The notes under the pieces were generated by a model. It was not told where the DNA came from and made no database searches. It saw only the letters and a program-made list of their open reading frames with translations. Positions 1-8,257 of a DNA stretch of 58,705 nt are shown here, one piece after another. The stretch covers positions 1 through 58,705 of the forward strand of contig DASRDB010000020.1 in the NCBI GenBank assembly GCA_035652815.1. The letters are read 5' to 3'. Positions within the stretch are counted from its first letter, which is position 1. The number at the start of each line of letters is the position of its first letter. Both the position numbers and the translations under genes were made by a program. This DNA is from Ktedonobacteraceae bacterium. GTDB taxonomy: Bacteria; Chloroflexota; Ktedonobacteria; Ktedonobacterales; Ktedonobacteraceae.

Positions 1-1
1 G

Positions 2-868
2 CTGGAACATGGAGGAGAAGGGCTGGGCGGAGCATGCAGCTTTACCTCTGCCACGCTGGTGGCAACTGCCCGTGGAGAGCAAGCCATTGGTTCGCTACAT
101 GTCGGTGAAAAAGTCTGGGCCTACAATCCCAAGACGCACCGGATGGAACTTGAACCCATCCTGCACGTCTGGATCAACCACGACAATGACCTGGTTGATC
201 TGACCTTGACCACCACGAAGACCGACGCGCACAGCAAGCATACCAGCAAGACCAGTGAGCTGATCCACACCAACAAAAAGCATCCCTTCCTGACGAAGGA
301 AAAAGGCTTCCTGCCGGTTGGGCAGATCAAACTGGGCATGCATGTGCTGGAGGCAAATGGGCAGTATGGCGTGGTAACGGGCTGGAAGGTGGTTCCCGGC
401 ACGAAGGTGATGTATAATCTGGAAGTGGCCCACGACCACACCTTTGTGGTGGGGGTAGAGCAGTGGGTGGTGCATAATTGCAATTTTGCTCCTGGAGCAG
501 AGCAACACATTTTTGAAGGCGAGATAAACAAAAGAGGTCTCGCTACTGGCTACCACTGGGAAGGTACCCCTGGAACTCCAGGGGAAGTAATACCGGGAAC
601 GGAAACTCCTCCTGATGCTCGCGGGGTATATCAAGCACAGGTACGGGTAAGTGGGGTTACTAAACGTGGTTTTTCCAGCTTTTTCCCAAAATCTATGACG
701 AGACAGGAAGTCCTAGATAGCATTGAGGAGGCTTACAACAACAGGTTACATATAACCGGAAATACCTATTTGGGGGAAACCTCATCAGGTATGGTTGTAC
801 AAATGTTTTTGAATACTGCTGATCAGATTATATCAGCATTTCCACTCTATGAGCCTGGTTTTCCGTAA
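2..868 (+). CDS. 5'-truncated gene: C-terminal part of a polymorphic toxin/RHS-like protein. A HINT (intein-like) domain ends in ...VVHN|C and is followed by a ~130-aa C-terminal toxin-like domain
   Basis: The reading frame is open from base 2 with no start codon in the window. 'YNLEVAHDHTFVVG...WVVHNC' matches the C-terminal Hint/intein block (HN followed by Cys). The downstream tail has a 'GYHWEG' segment loosely reminiscent of the Y-H-E-Y catalytic-Glu motif of T1/Sa-type RNases (weak). Confidence 0.5.
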   Translation: MEHGGEGLGGACSFTSATLVATARGEQAIGSLHVGEKVWAYNPKTHRMELEPILHVWINHDNDLVDLTLTTTKTDAHSKHTSKTSELIHTNKKHPFLTKEKGFLPVGQIKLGMHVLEANGQYGVVTGWKVVPGTKVMYNLEVAHDHTFVVGVEQWVVHNCNFAPGAEQHIFEGEINKRGLATGYHWEGTPGTPGEVIPGTETPPDARGVYQAQVRVSGVTKRGFSSFFPKSMTRQEVLDSIEEAYNNRLHITGNTYLGETSSGMVVQMFLNTADQIISAFPLYEPGFP

Positions 869-959
869 GCCGTAGTTTCATGACAAGGACATTCAAGAAG
901 ACTCTTCTTGGAGTCCTTGTCATGAAAGCAACAAACTCTTTCTGAAGGAGGAGTGTGAA

Positions 960-1415
960 ATGATAACTACGTTGACAAGAGAAACACTTTGTTCATTGCT
1001 TGCCCAAGTCAGAGCCACCCCCCTGCCCCCATTTTCTTGTAACATCTTCCAAAAACACGATCTCTCTTCGGAAGAAACTATTCGCTTTCAGCGTGGGGCA
1101 ACATCCTCTTTTCAAAACGCAGCACACTTTTGGATCAGTGTATTACTGGATGAAGCAAGTACGATGGCTCCTCCACAAGCAGAACGCTTTTTAGAGACGG
1201 TAGTAAGCGAACGCTATACCACCTGTCAGCCAATTTCCCTTGAGGAGTTTCTTCATATCGTGAAGCATTACGATTTTGTGGAAGACATCCATGATTTTGC
1301 TCCACATGGACCATTTCAGCAAGGTTGGCTCATCTATGATGTGGGAACCGAAATAGCTGTTTTGGCCGAGACGACAACCGAGTTTGTGGCCTTTTCCTGG
1401 GAACTCGTTGACTGA
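960..1415 (+). CDS. hypothetical protein; candidate immunity protein for the upstream toxin tail
   Basis: A 151-aa ORF lies 92 bp downstream of the toxin C-terminus on the same strand. No recognisable motif; the call is positional only. Confidence 0.35.
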   Translation: MITTLTRETLCSLLAQVRATPLPPFSCNIFQKHDLSSEETIRFQRGATSSFQNAAHFWISVLLDEASTMAPPQAERFLETVVSERYTTCQPISLEEFLHIVKHYDFVEDIHDFAPHGPFQQGWLIYDVGTEIAVLAETTTEFVAFSWELVD

Positions 1416-1470
1416 AAGAGAGGAGTTCACCAGGAAAAGTTAACAGTGTGAAAAAAAGGCAGGTAGAAAC

Positions 1471-2358
1471 ATGCCATCATTTTCCAAATCCATTCTCCTG
1501 CTCCAAAGATGGAATCAATTAAGTATCGCTGAATGTGAAGAGATGGCGCGTGAATTGGAGCGTCATCTACCAGAGCGATTTCGTTTTCATAAAGTCAGTC
1601 CCAGCATGTTAGGCGATCAAAAACATCTAGTAGCTTTTTTTGAATGGGACGGGCCACCGGAGGGGTATGACCACTCATTCTTTGCCCTTATTCCTGGTGG
1701 GGAAGCGCAACTAGGCTATGATCGAGAGCATCCTTTTGAACCTGATGAACAGCAGCGGGCGAGTTGGGAGCAAGAATCTCTGCCCATGATTCATAAAACC
1801 CTGGATGAGTACCTGGATATGGTGCTAACACCATTACGACAGGTGTTTATTGAGCCGTTTCTATTGGAGGTCGTGGCCCACCCGCTTGCTCCTGCACCTG
1901 TGTTTAATGAGCGGTTAGGACCAAAGCGAGGGTGGGAACGCTCAATGGTTCCGATATCCCGTGAGGCGGTAGCTCAGCGTATTGCGCGCTGGGATGAGTT
2001 TCGTTTCCCAACTTCAGATGAATGGGAGTATGCTTGTGCGGCGGGGGCGCGAACACTTTTTCGTTGGGGGAACGATATTCCTGCACTGCCTATTCCTCGT
2101 ATGGGCAGGCCAGCAGGTCGTCTATGGAATAAACATCTGCAACAAAATGCCTTTGGCCTGTTCATTGCGTGCAATCCCTATCATTGGGAATTTTGCCAGG
2201 AGCCACGTATTATGCGTGGGGGAGATGGTGGAACTGCGGAACACGCGGGCGCGGGAACTTTTGCAGCATGGACAACGCTTGCCTCTGCTTTTTACCAACA
2301 GTTTGATGGGCCTGTTTATGGGGCGTATCTCAGACGGGCTTATGGGCTTGCCCTATGA
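1471..2358 (+). CDS. FGE-sulfatase (SUMF1/formylglycine-generating enzyme-like) domain protein
   Basis: 'RFPTSDEWEYACAAGARTLFRWGN' matches the conserved (L)PTEAEWEYAARGG...WGN block of the FGE-sulfatase domain. A GAGG-like ribosome-binding site precedes the ATG. Confidence 0.55.
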   Translation: MPSFSKSILLLQRWNQLSIAECEEMARELERHLPERFRFHKVSPSMLGDQKHLVAFFEWDGPPEGYDHSFFALIPGGEAQLGYDREHPFEPDEQQRASWEQESLPMIHKTLDEYLDMVLTPLRQVFIEPFLLEVVAHPLAPAPVFNERLGPKRGWERSMVPISREAVAQRIARWDEFRFPTSDEWEYACAAGARTLFRWGNDIPALPIPRMGRPAGRLWNKHLQQNAFGLFIACNPYHWEFCQEPRIMRGGDGGTAEHAGAGTFAAWTTLASAFYQQFDGPVYGAYLRRAYGLAL

Positions 2359-2537
2359 TGCTTATGGGAACCACCCTCACGCTTGACTCATGTGAGACAA
2401 TAACCATTGTAGAGGCCCGATATATCGCATCCTTCTCCTTTGTCCAGAGACTGGCATCCCAGGAAAAGTTTCGGAATGCGCTGCGCCGGGCCTCTACAAC
2501 CCAGATTCTATTGAAGCCAGTTATTGATTGAAGTTGC

Positions 2538-3716
2538 ATGTCGTCATTCACGTTTACAATTGATGCTGAGTGTTCGCAGACGTGGGCGCGTGCCGGGACG
2601 ATTACGACCCCGCATGGCGCGATCTCCACGCCCATTTTTATGCCCGTTGGGACGCAGGCGACCGTAAAAAGTGTCTCTCCAGAGGAATTGCGCTCGGCGG
2701 GCGCGCAGATTATCCTTGCCAATACCTACCATCTCATGCTGCGCCCCGGCTCCAGACTGATTGCCGATTTCGGCGGGCTGCACTCCTTTATGCATTGGGA
2801 TGGCCCAATCCTCACCGATAGCGGCGGGTTCCAGGTGTTTAGCCTGGGGCATTTGCGCAAGCTGAGCGAAGAGGGCGCGGCCTTCAAATCGCATCTCGAT
2901 GGTTCTCCCCATGTGCTGACGCCCGAGAGCGTGATGCAGATCGAGGCTGAACTGGGAGCAGACATTATTCTCCCGCTTGATATTTGCGCCGCTTATCCCT
3001 GTACGCCCCGTGAGGCGAAAGAGGCGATGGAGCGCACGCACCGCTGGGCGGAACGGGCTTTGGTGGCGAAGGAACGCTATCGACCGGAGCAGACCCTGTT
3101 TGGCATTGTGCAGGGCGCGTTCGAGCCGGAATTACGCCAGCAGAGCGCGCGTTTTATTGGCAATATGCCCTTTCCTGGCCTCTCGATTGGTGGCCTTTCA
3201 GTGGGTGAACCAAAGGCTATGATGTGGGAGTTGCTGAGCTATACCACGCCGGAACTGCCGCGAGACAAGCCGCGCCACCTGCTCGGCGTTGGCTCGCCGG
3301 AAGACCTGGTGATTGGCGTCGGCCTCGGTATGGATATGTTTGATTGCGTGCTGCCCACGCGAGTAGCGCGACACGGTGGCCTGTTCACCCGATCTGGGCG
3401 CGTCAATATCAAATCATCTCGTTTTCGCGAGCAGCGCGGCCCGGTTGAAGAGAACTGCGATTGCTATACCTGTCGTAATTATAGTGCGGGCTATTTGCAT
3501 CACCTGCTGCGCGCCGAGGAGCAATTGTACTACCGGCTGGGCAGCATTCACAATATTCGCTTTATGCTGCGATTGGCGGGTGACTTGCGCAAGTCCATTT
3601 TCGATGGCACCTATCCAGCCTTCCGCGACGAGTTTCTGGCGCGTTACATTCCGGCCTCGGAACAGGTGCGAGACGCGCAGCGCGAAAAGTGGAAAGCGGC
3701 GCGGCTCAAGGCGTAA
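2538..3716 (+). CDS. tgt: queuine tRNA-ribosyltransferase
   Basis: The N-terminus 'TPHGAISTPIFMPVGTQATVK', 'ILANTYHLMLRPG', 'DSGGFQV' and the zinc site 'CDCYTCRNYSAGYLHHL' are classic Tgt blocks; 392 aa. Confidence 0.9.
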   Translation: MSSFTFTIDAECSQTWARAGTITTPHGAISTPIFMPVGTQATVKSVSPEELRSAGAQIILANTYHLMLRPGSRLIADFGGLHSFMHWDGPILTDSGGFQVFSLGHLRKLSEEGAAFKSHLDGSPHVLTPESVMQIEAELGADIILPLDICAAYPCTPREAKEAMERTHRWAERALVAKERYRPEQTLFGIVQGAFEPELRQQSARFIGNMPFPGLSIGGLSVGEPKAMMWELLSYTTPELPRDKPRHLLGVGSPEDLVIGVGLGMDMFDCVLPTRVARHGGLFTRSGRVNIKSSRFREQRGPVEENCDCYTCRNYSAGYLHHLLRAEEQLYYRLGSIHNIRFMLRLAGDLRKSIFDGTYPAFRDEFLARYIPASEQVRDAQREKWKAARLKA

Positions 3717-3748
3717 GTTTTATGGTTACAGGCAAAGGATCAAAGGCG

Positions 3749-4570
3749 ATGACCTATCGTTTTCTCAATACGCAGGTGCAGGACGCGGCCACGAATATGG
3801 CGATTGATGAGGCGGTATTGTTGCATCATTTGCGCGGTGAGGCTCCGCCGACATTGCGTGTCTTTCGCTGGTCGCAGCCCTCGATTTCGCTGGGGCGTTT
3901 TCAGAGCATTGAACGCGAAATTCTCAGCGATTACTGCGAACAGCAGGGTGTGGCGCTGGTGCGGCGTCCGACGGGTGGACGCGCCGTGTATCACCGCGAT
4001 GAGTTCACCTACAGCCTCGTGATTGGCAAGCGCTATGGCGTTCCCTCCGGTATCGTGGCCTCTTACGCTTATCTGGCGCAGGGATTGATGGCCGCGCTGG
4101 CTTTGCTTGGCGTGCATGCTGAATTGAGCGACGAACGAGTGAGTAAAAACCCCTCGGCTGCCTGTTTCGCCTCCTCGACGCAGGCGGATTTGACCAGCGG
4201 CGGCTACAAGTTGATCGGCAGCGCGCAGGTCTGGAAGGATGATGCGCTGCTCCAACAGGGATCACTGCCGCTCGATGACCGCTCCGCAGAATTTTTTGCG
4301 ATGTTGCGTTTTCCCAGCGAAGAGGCCCGTCAGGAAGCCCTCGCCCAATATCGCCAGAAGACCACGCCCCTGCATTCTTTCGTGCCGGATGTCACCTGGA
4401 ATGATGTAGCGCAGGCTTTTCGTGAGGGTTTCAGCAGCGCATTGCAGGTCGAATTTGTTCCAGGAGAATTGACGGCCTCTGAATGGGAACTGACCCGGCG
4501 TCTGGTTGAGGAGAAATACCGGAAACTGGATTGGCGCAAGGAACGGATCAGTTTTATCGGTGCCTCGTAG
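3749..4570 (+). CDS. lipoate-protein ligase A / octanoyltransferase family protein (BPL/LPL catalytic domain)
   Basis: 'MAIDEAVL...PTLRVFRWSQPSISLGRFQ' and 'RRPTGGRAVYH' are LplA/LipB-family motifs. The ORF opens at 3689, overlapping the tgt end; the ATGs at 3722 or 3749 are more plausible starts. Confidence 0.7.
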   Translation: MTYRFLNTQVQDAATNMAIDEAVLLHHLRGEAPPTLRVFRWSQPSISLGRFQSIEREILSDYCEQQGVALVRRPTGGRAVYHRDEFTYSLVIGKRYGVPSGIVASYAYLAQGLMAALALLGVHAELSDERVSKNPSAACFASSTQADLTSGGYKLIGSAQVWKDDALLQQGSLPLDDRSAEFFAMLRFPSEEARQEALAQYRQKTTPLHSFVPDVTWNDVAQAFREGFSSALQVEFVPGELTASEWELTRRLVEEKYRKLDWRKERISFIGAS

Positions 4571-4576
4571 CATGCC

Positions 4577-4692
4577 ATGACAAAGACCCTTTCGCCTGTC
4601 ATCCTGAGCGCAGCGAAGGATCTCCGGCCTCGATGCACGGTCTCGCTGGGCAACCGAGATCCTGAGCGCAGCGAAGGATGACAGGTGTGTAA
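4577..4692. repeat. MITE/REP-like hairpin element, copy 1 (variant with an internally inverted 13-bp core), flanked by 9-bp direct repeats 'tagcatgcc' at 4568-4576 and 4693-4701
   Basis: The conserved arms cctgtcatcctgagcgcagcgaaggatct ... gagatcc(tgagcgcagcgaa)ggatgacagg read directly from the sequence. Intergenic. Confidence 0.8.
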
Positions 4693-4795
4693 TAGCATGC
4701 CTCTTGTGAGTGGGTACACAATGGGTTATACTTGCAGCAATATATAAAAGAATTCGTGGGCGGTTTCATTGTGATCCGTCAAAAAGGAGTTGTCC

Positions 4796-5482
4796 GTGAG
4801 CATAACCATAGAGGTGGCGCGCCGCATTCTTGAAGCGTGCAAGCAGCGCGCCAATGAATTACGGAGTCCAGTAAGTATCGCGATAGTAGATTCGGGAGGG
4901 CATCTGGTCCTCTTTGAGCGCATGATGGCCCCCTATGGCTGGGCCACTGGCAACATCAGCCTGGCAAAGGCCGCGACAGCCGTGATGTTCAACCAGTCAA
5001 CCGATTCGGTGGCCCGTTGGGGATCAGAGATTCCAGGCTTTGCCTCCAGTATGGCGTCGATGACCAATGGCCGCTTTATCATGGCCGCCGGTGGCTGGCC
5101 CATCCGTGTTAATGGCGCGACGGTCGGGGGAATTGGTGTAAGCGGTGGTAATGCGCCTGGACGCGATGATGATATTGCGCGTGCTGGACTGGCAGCAGTA
5201 GAAGGTTCGGGTGTACCCATGCAGCCTCCGCCGCAAACCTCTTATTCGCCTGTGCAACCCGCGATGCAGCCTTCCGGCGCGAATTATATGTCACAGCCGC
5301 CTGCCCGGCCTATTCAGCAGTCGGCTCAGTCATATCCGCCGGTTTATTCACAGCCGTTGTCGCCGCAGCCGCCTCCCCAGTCCTCACCGGGTTTATCATC
5401 GGGTACCGACCAGGAACAGGGGCGCAGTGATGAGCAGATTCCATACGATGATTACAATGACCCACGTGGAGGACAACAATGA
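4796..5482 (+). CDS. GlcG/HbpS-like heme-binding (DUF336) protein with a Pro/Gln/Ser-rich low-complexity C-terminal tail
   Basis: 'SIAIVDSGGHLVLFERM...G..ISLAKAATAV' and 'GGIGVSGG' are DUF336/GlcG blocks. AAGGAG lies 6 nt upstream of the GTG at 4796. The last ~90 aa are PQS-rich. Confidence 0.65.
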   Translation: MSITIEVARRILEACKQRANELRSPVSIAIVDSGGHLVLFERMMAPYGWATGNISLAKAATAVMFNQSTDSVARWGSEIPGFASSMASMTNGRFIMAAGGWPIRVNGATVGGIGVSGGNAPGRDDDIARAGLAAVEGSGVPMQPPPQTSYSPVQPAMQPSGANYMSQPPARPIQQSAQSYPPVYSQPLSPQPPPQSSPGLSSGTDQEQGRSDEQIPYDDYNDPRGGQQ

Positions 5483-6273
5483 CCCAGGGCACAAACGCGG
5501 GTGGAAGACCTGCCTATAAGCGTAACAAAGCGCGCCACCGACCCGTACTCGTAACCAGTAAAGATGAAATGGCTCCCGTTTCTGACGAGCCTGTGAAAGA
5601 CGACCTGGCAACAACAACTGAACCAGTTTCAGAGCAGCCCCCGGTGCAGGCTCGTGCCCGGCGTGGTTTGCCAAAGTTCTTTTCTACCGTTGGGAAGAAG
5701 GAAGAGACCAGCACCGACAGTACCGTTGATCCTGCCGCCGCTCGTATAGCTCGCGCCACACGGAATAAAGCGCCGCAGGCGAAAGAGGTCAAAGAGAGCA
5801 AAGAGGCAAAGAAAGCCGAGGCCAGACCCGCGCCGAAAGGCACGCCTGTTCGCCCTCCGGCACGCTCCGGCTTCAAGACGCGCTACATCTTTGGCATGGT
5901 TCTTTATCTGATTATTGCTGACTTTGTTGGCCTGTTTGAGCGGAGCTGGCTGCTGAGCGCTAAAGCCGATCGCCTGCTATTCGCCATTGGCCCCGTCCAG
6001 GTCTATACCTCGACGCTGCTTTTCCTGGCGACTCTGGTGGTCATTCTCATCGTCCTGGCGCGCTTCGATCTCATTCCGCGCAGCCTGGGAGCGATGTCCG
6101 GTTCCAGTTCAGCCCGGTCAAACAACAAAACCTCGACCTCGCAGAGCAATGCGGGCGCTGCAAAAGCATCACCTCCCGTTATGAAACAGGGCGTGAAGGG
6201 CGCGGACGATGATCTGTACCAGGAATATCGCGAAACCCGGCGCTATCTCCAACGCCGCGAACGCAAAAAGTAA
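5479..6273 (+). CDS. hypothetical membrane protein with a highly charged, disordered N-terminus
   Basis: The ATG overlaps the upstream stop (ATGA coupling). Two or three hydrophobic helices ('IFGMVLYLIIADFVGLF', 'LLFLATLVVILIVLARF'). Confidence 0.45.
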   Translation: MTQGTNAGGRPAYKRNKARHRPVLVTSKDEMAPVSDEPVKDDLATTTEPVSEQPPVQARARRGLPKFFSTVGKKEETSTDSTVDPAAARIARATRNKAPQAKEVKESKEAKKAEARPAPKGTPVRPPARSGFKTRYIFGMVLYLIIADFVGLFERSWLLSAKADRLLFAIGPVQVYTSTLLFLATLVVILIVLARFDLIPRSLGAMSGSSSARSNNKTSTSQSNAGAAKASPPVMKQGVKGADDDLYQEYRETRRYLQRRERKK

Positions 6274-6308
6274 GCCCAAATTTTTTGTTGTCGGCAACAG
6301 GAAAACAT

Positions 6309-6393
6309 GGGGCAGCCGGAAGACACCCGCAAGGACTCTACAAGCCAATTCAAATTGTAGAGGCACCCCTTGCGGGTGTCTTCCGGCTGCCCC
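6309..6393 (+). terminator. long near-perfect hairpin (26-bp stem plus a nested 8-bp stem); putative terminator or structured RNA
   Basis: ggggcagccggaagacacccgcaagg ... ccttgcgggtgtcttccggctgcccc with an inner ctctacaa/ttgtagag pair. It lies 36 bp after the stop at 6273 and is not followed by a T-run. Confidence 0.3.
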
Positions 6394-6591
6394 ACGCTGC
6401 TAATGTTGGAAAGAATATAACAATCTGGCTTCTCTCCTATGTTCAATAACTCCCAGTTTATGGTATACTTTTCTTGTTAAGTATGCAGGTATTATCTTTT
6501 CCTGTTCAGCAGGCATTCGCTTGCAAAGCGTCTTCACGCGATGTTGAGAGAAGCTAATTGGCACTTATTGAGAGTTAAAGGATAACGCGCT

Positions 6592-7164
6592 ATGCCAACA
6601 CGAATTATTATTGCAGATGATGAAGCCATTCAACGAATGGATTTGAAAGATGTGCTGACCAAGCAGGGGTACCTGGTGGTGGGTGAGGCGGGCGATGGCG
6701 TCAGCGCGGTCAATCTGGCCCGCGAGCTGCGCCCCGACCTGGTGATTATGGATATTCGCATGCCGGATATGGACGGTATAGCCGCCGCCGAAACCCTGAC
6801 GCAGGAGAAAATTGCTCCCGTTTTGTTGCTCACCGCATTTGGCGATCAGCCGTTAGTGGAGCGTGCCAAAGAGGCCGGGGTGGTCAACTATATTGTCAAG
6901 CCGCTACGGGAGAGCGAGGTGACGCCTGCTATCGAAGTGGCTCTGGCCCGCTATAGCGAGTTTCGCGCTATGGAGGAGAAAGCGCGCACGCTGACCGAGC
7001 AGCTTGAAACGCGCAAGGTGGTGGAACGCGCCAAAGGTCTGCTGATGGAGAAACAGGGGCTGACCGAGCAGGAGGCCTTCCGCAAGATACAGAAGGCCAG
7101 CATGAATAACCGCAAGTCGATGCGCGAGGTAGCAGAGGCAATCCTGTTGGCAAATGAAATGTAG
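6592..7164 (+). CDS. response regulator with ANTAR RNA-binding antitermination output domain
   Basis: REC domain (DD...D...K pattern 'IIIADDE', 'MDIRMPDMDG', 'KP') plus a C-terminal ANTAR block 'ERAKGLLMEKQGLTEQEAFRKIQKASMNNRKSMREVAEAIL'. Confidence 0.85.
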   Translation: MPTRIIIADDEAIQRMDLKDVLTKQGYLVVGEAGDGVSAVNLARELRPDLVIMDIRMPDMDGIAAAETLTQEKIAPVLLLTAFGDQPLVERAKEAGVVNYIVKPLRESEVTPAIEVALARYSEFRAMEEKARTLTEQLETRKVVERAKGLLMEKQGLTEQEAFRKIQKASMNNRKSMREVAEAILLANEM

Positions 7165-7194
7165 GAGAGCATTTCTCCTTTCACTAGCAAGGAT

Positions 7195-8199
7195 TTGAGC
7201 AGCATGGCTCAAGCGACGACCGTAGACAGTGTAGTGACAATTGTCGGAATTCGTTTTCGTCCCGCAGGACGCATTTATTACTTCGATCCACAGGGAGCGA
7301 CCTATTCGACGGGGCAGTTTGTGATTGTTGAAACGGTGCGCGGCGTTGAAGCCGGGCGCGTGGTCATTGCCAATAAGAAGTTGCCGGAAAACGCTTTGAG
7401 CGACCCGCTCAAGCCGGTGTTGCGCCTGGCGAGCGAAGATGAGCTGCGCATGATGCTCTCCTTCAAAAGCAAGGAGAAGGACGCGCTGGTGCAGTGCGCT
7501 CGCCACGTGGCTCAGCACAAGCTGCCTATGAAACTGGTCGAGGCCGAGTATACCTTTGATGGCAGCCGGTTAACGTTCTACTTCACGGCGGACGAGCGTG
7601 TCGATTTCCGCGCCCTGGTGCGCGATCTGGCCGCGACGTTCCGCACGCGCATAGAACTGCGCCAGATCGGCGCGCGCGATCAGGCCAAACTGCAAGGTGG
7701 AGTCGGCATCTGCGGGAAAACCCTCTGTTGCAGTTCCTGGATCACCGATTTCGGTGTGGTCTCGATCAAGATGGCGAAGGAGCAGGATTTGCCGCTCAAT
7801 CCCGCCAAAATCTCGGGTGTATGCGGTCGCCTGCTCTGCTGTCTTTCCTATGAGAACGAAAATTACATTCAGGCCAAACAGCACATGCCGCAGATTGGTA
7901 CGATGCTGGATACGCCAAGCGGTCCGGGCAGGGTCGTTTCCATCAACGTGCCAAAGTCATCGGTTGAGGTGATGCTTGAAAGCGGTGTGACTATTCAGGT
8001 TCCTGTAGAGCAGGCCGAGTCTCCACGCAAGGGATCTCGTTGCTGCGGTTCTGGTGGGGCTTGTGGCTGCGGTAATAATGGAAGTAGTGGTACCGCTTGT
8101 AGTTGTGGTTCCGGCGGCTGTGCCACTGGAGCAAAGGCTGGAGGAGGATGTGGTTCGTGCGGTGTAAAGCGCAAAACAACTCCTCAAACAATGTCTTGA
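7195..8199 (+). CDS. PSP1-domain protein RicT/YaaT-like with an unusual Cys/Gly-rich C-terminal tail
   Basis: 'CGKTLCCSSWITDFGVVSIKMAKEQDLPLNPAKISGVCGRLLCCLSYE' is the PSP1 C-terminal cysteine block. The tail 'CCGSGGACGCGNNGSSGTACSCGSGGCATG...GGGCGSCG' is atypical. Confidence 0.7.
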   Translation: MSSMAQATTVDSVVTIVGIRFRPAGRIYYFDPQGATYSTGQFVIVETVRGVEAGRVVIANKKLPENALSDPLKPVLRLASEDELRMMLSFKSKEKDALVQCARHVAQHKLPMKLVEAEYTFDGSRLTFYFTADERVDFRALVRDLAATFRTRIELRQIGARDQAKLQGGVGICGKTLCCSSWITDFGVVSIKMAKEQDLPLNPAKISGVCGRLLCCLSYENENYIQAKQHMPQIGTMLDTPSGPGRVVSINVPKSSVEVMLESGVTIQVPVEQAESPRKGSRCCGSGGACGCGNNGSSGTACSCGSGGCATGAKAGGGCGSCGVKRKTTPQTMS

Positions 8200-8257
8200 T
8201 ATAGATAAGATATGGACGGAGCCAATCCACTACTGACGGTGGATGAGAGGAGCGCAT

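Noticed and set aside
6401-6415. 'gttggaaagaatat' resembling the 5' end of the CRISPR repeat (GTTGGAAAGAGG)
   Set aside because: Only a 9-nt match with no repeat periodicity around it, so it is a chance similarity and not a degenerate array.
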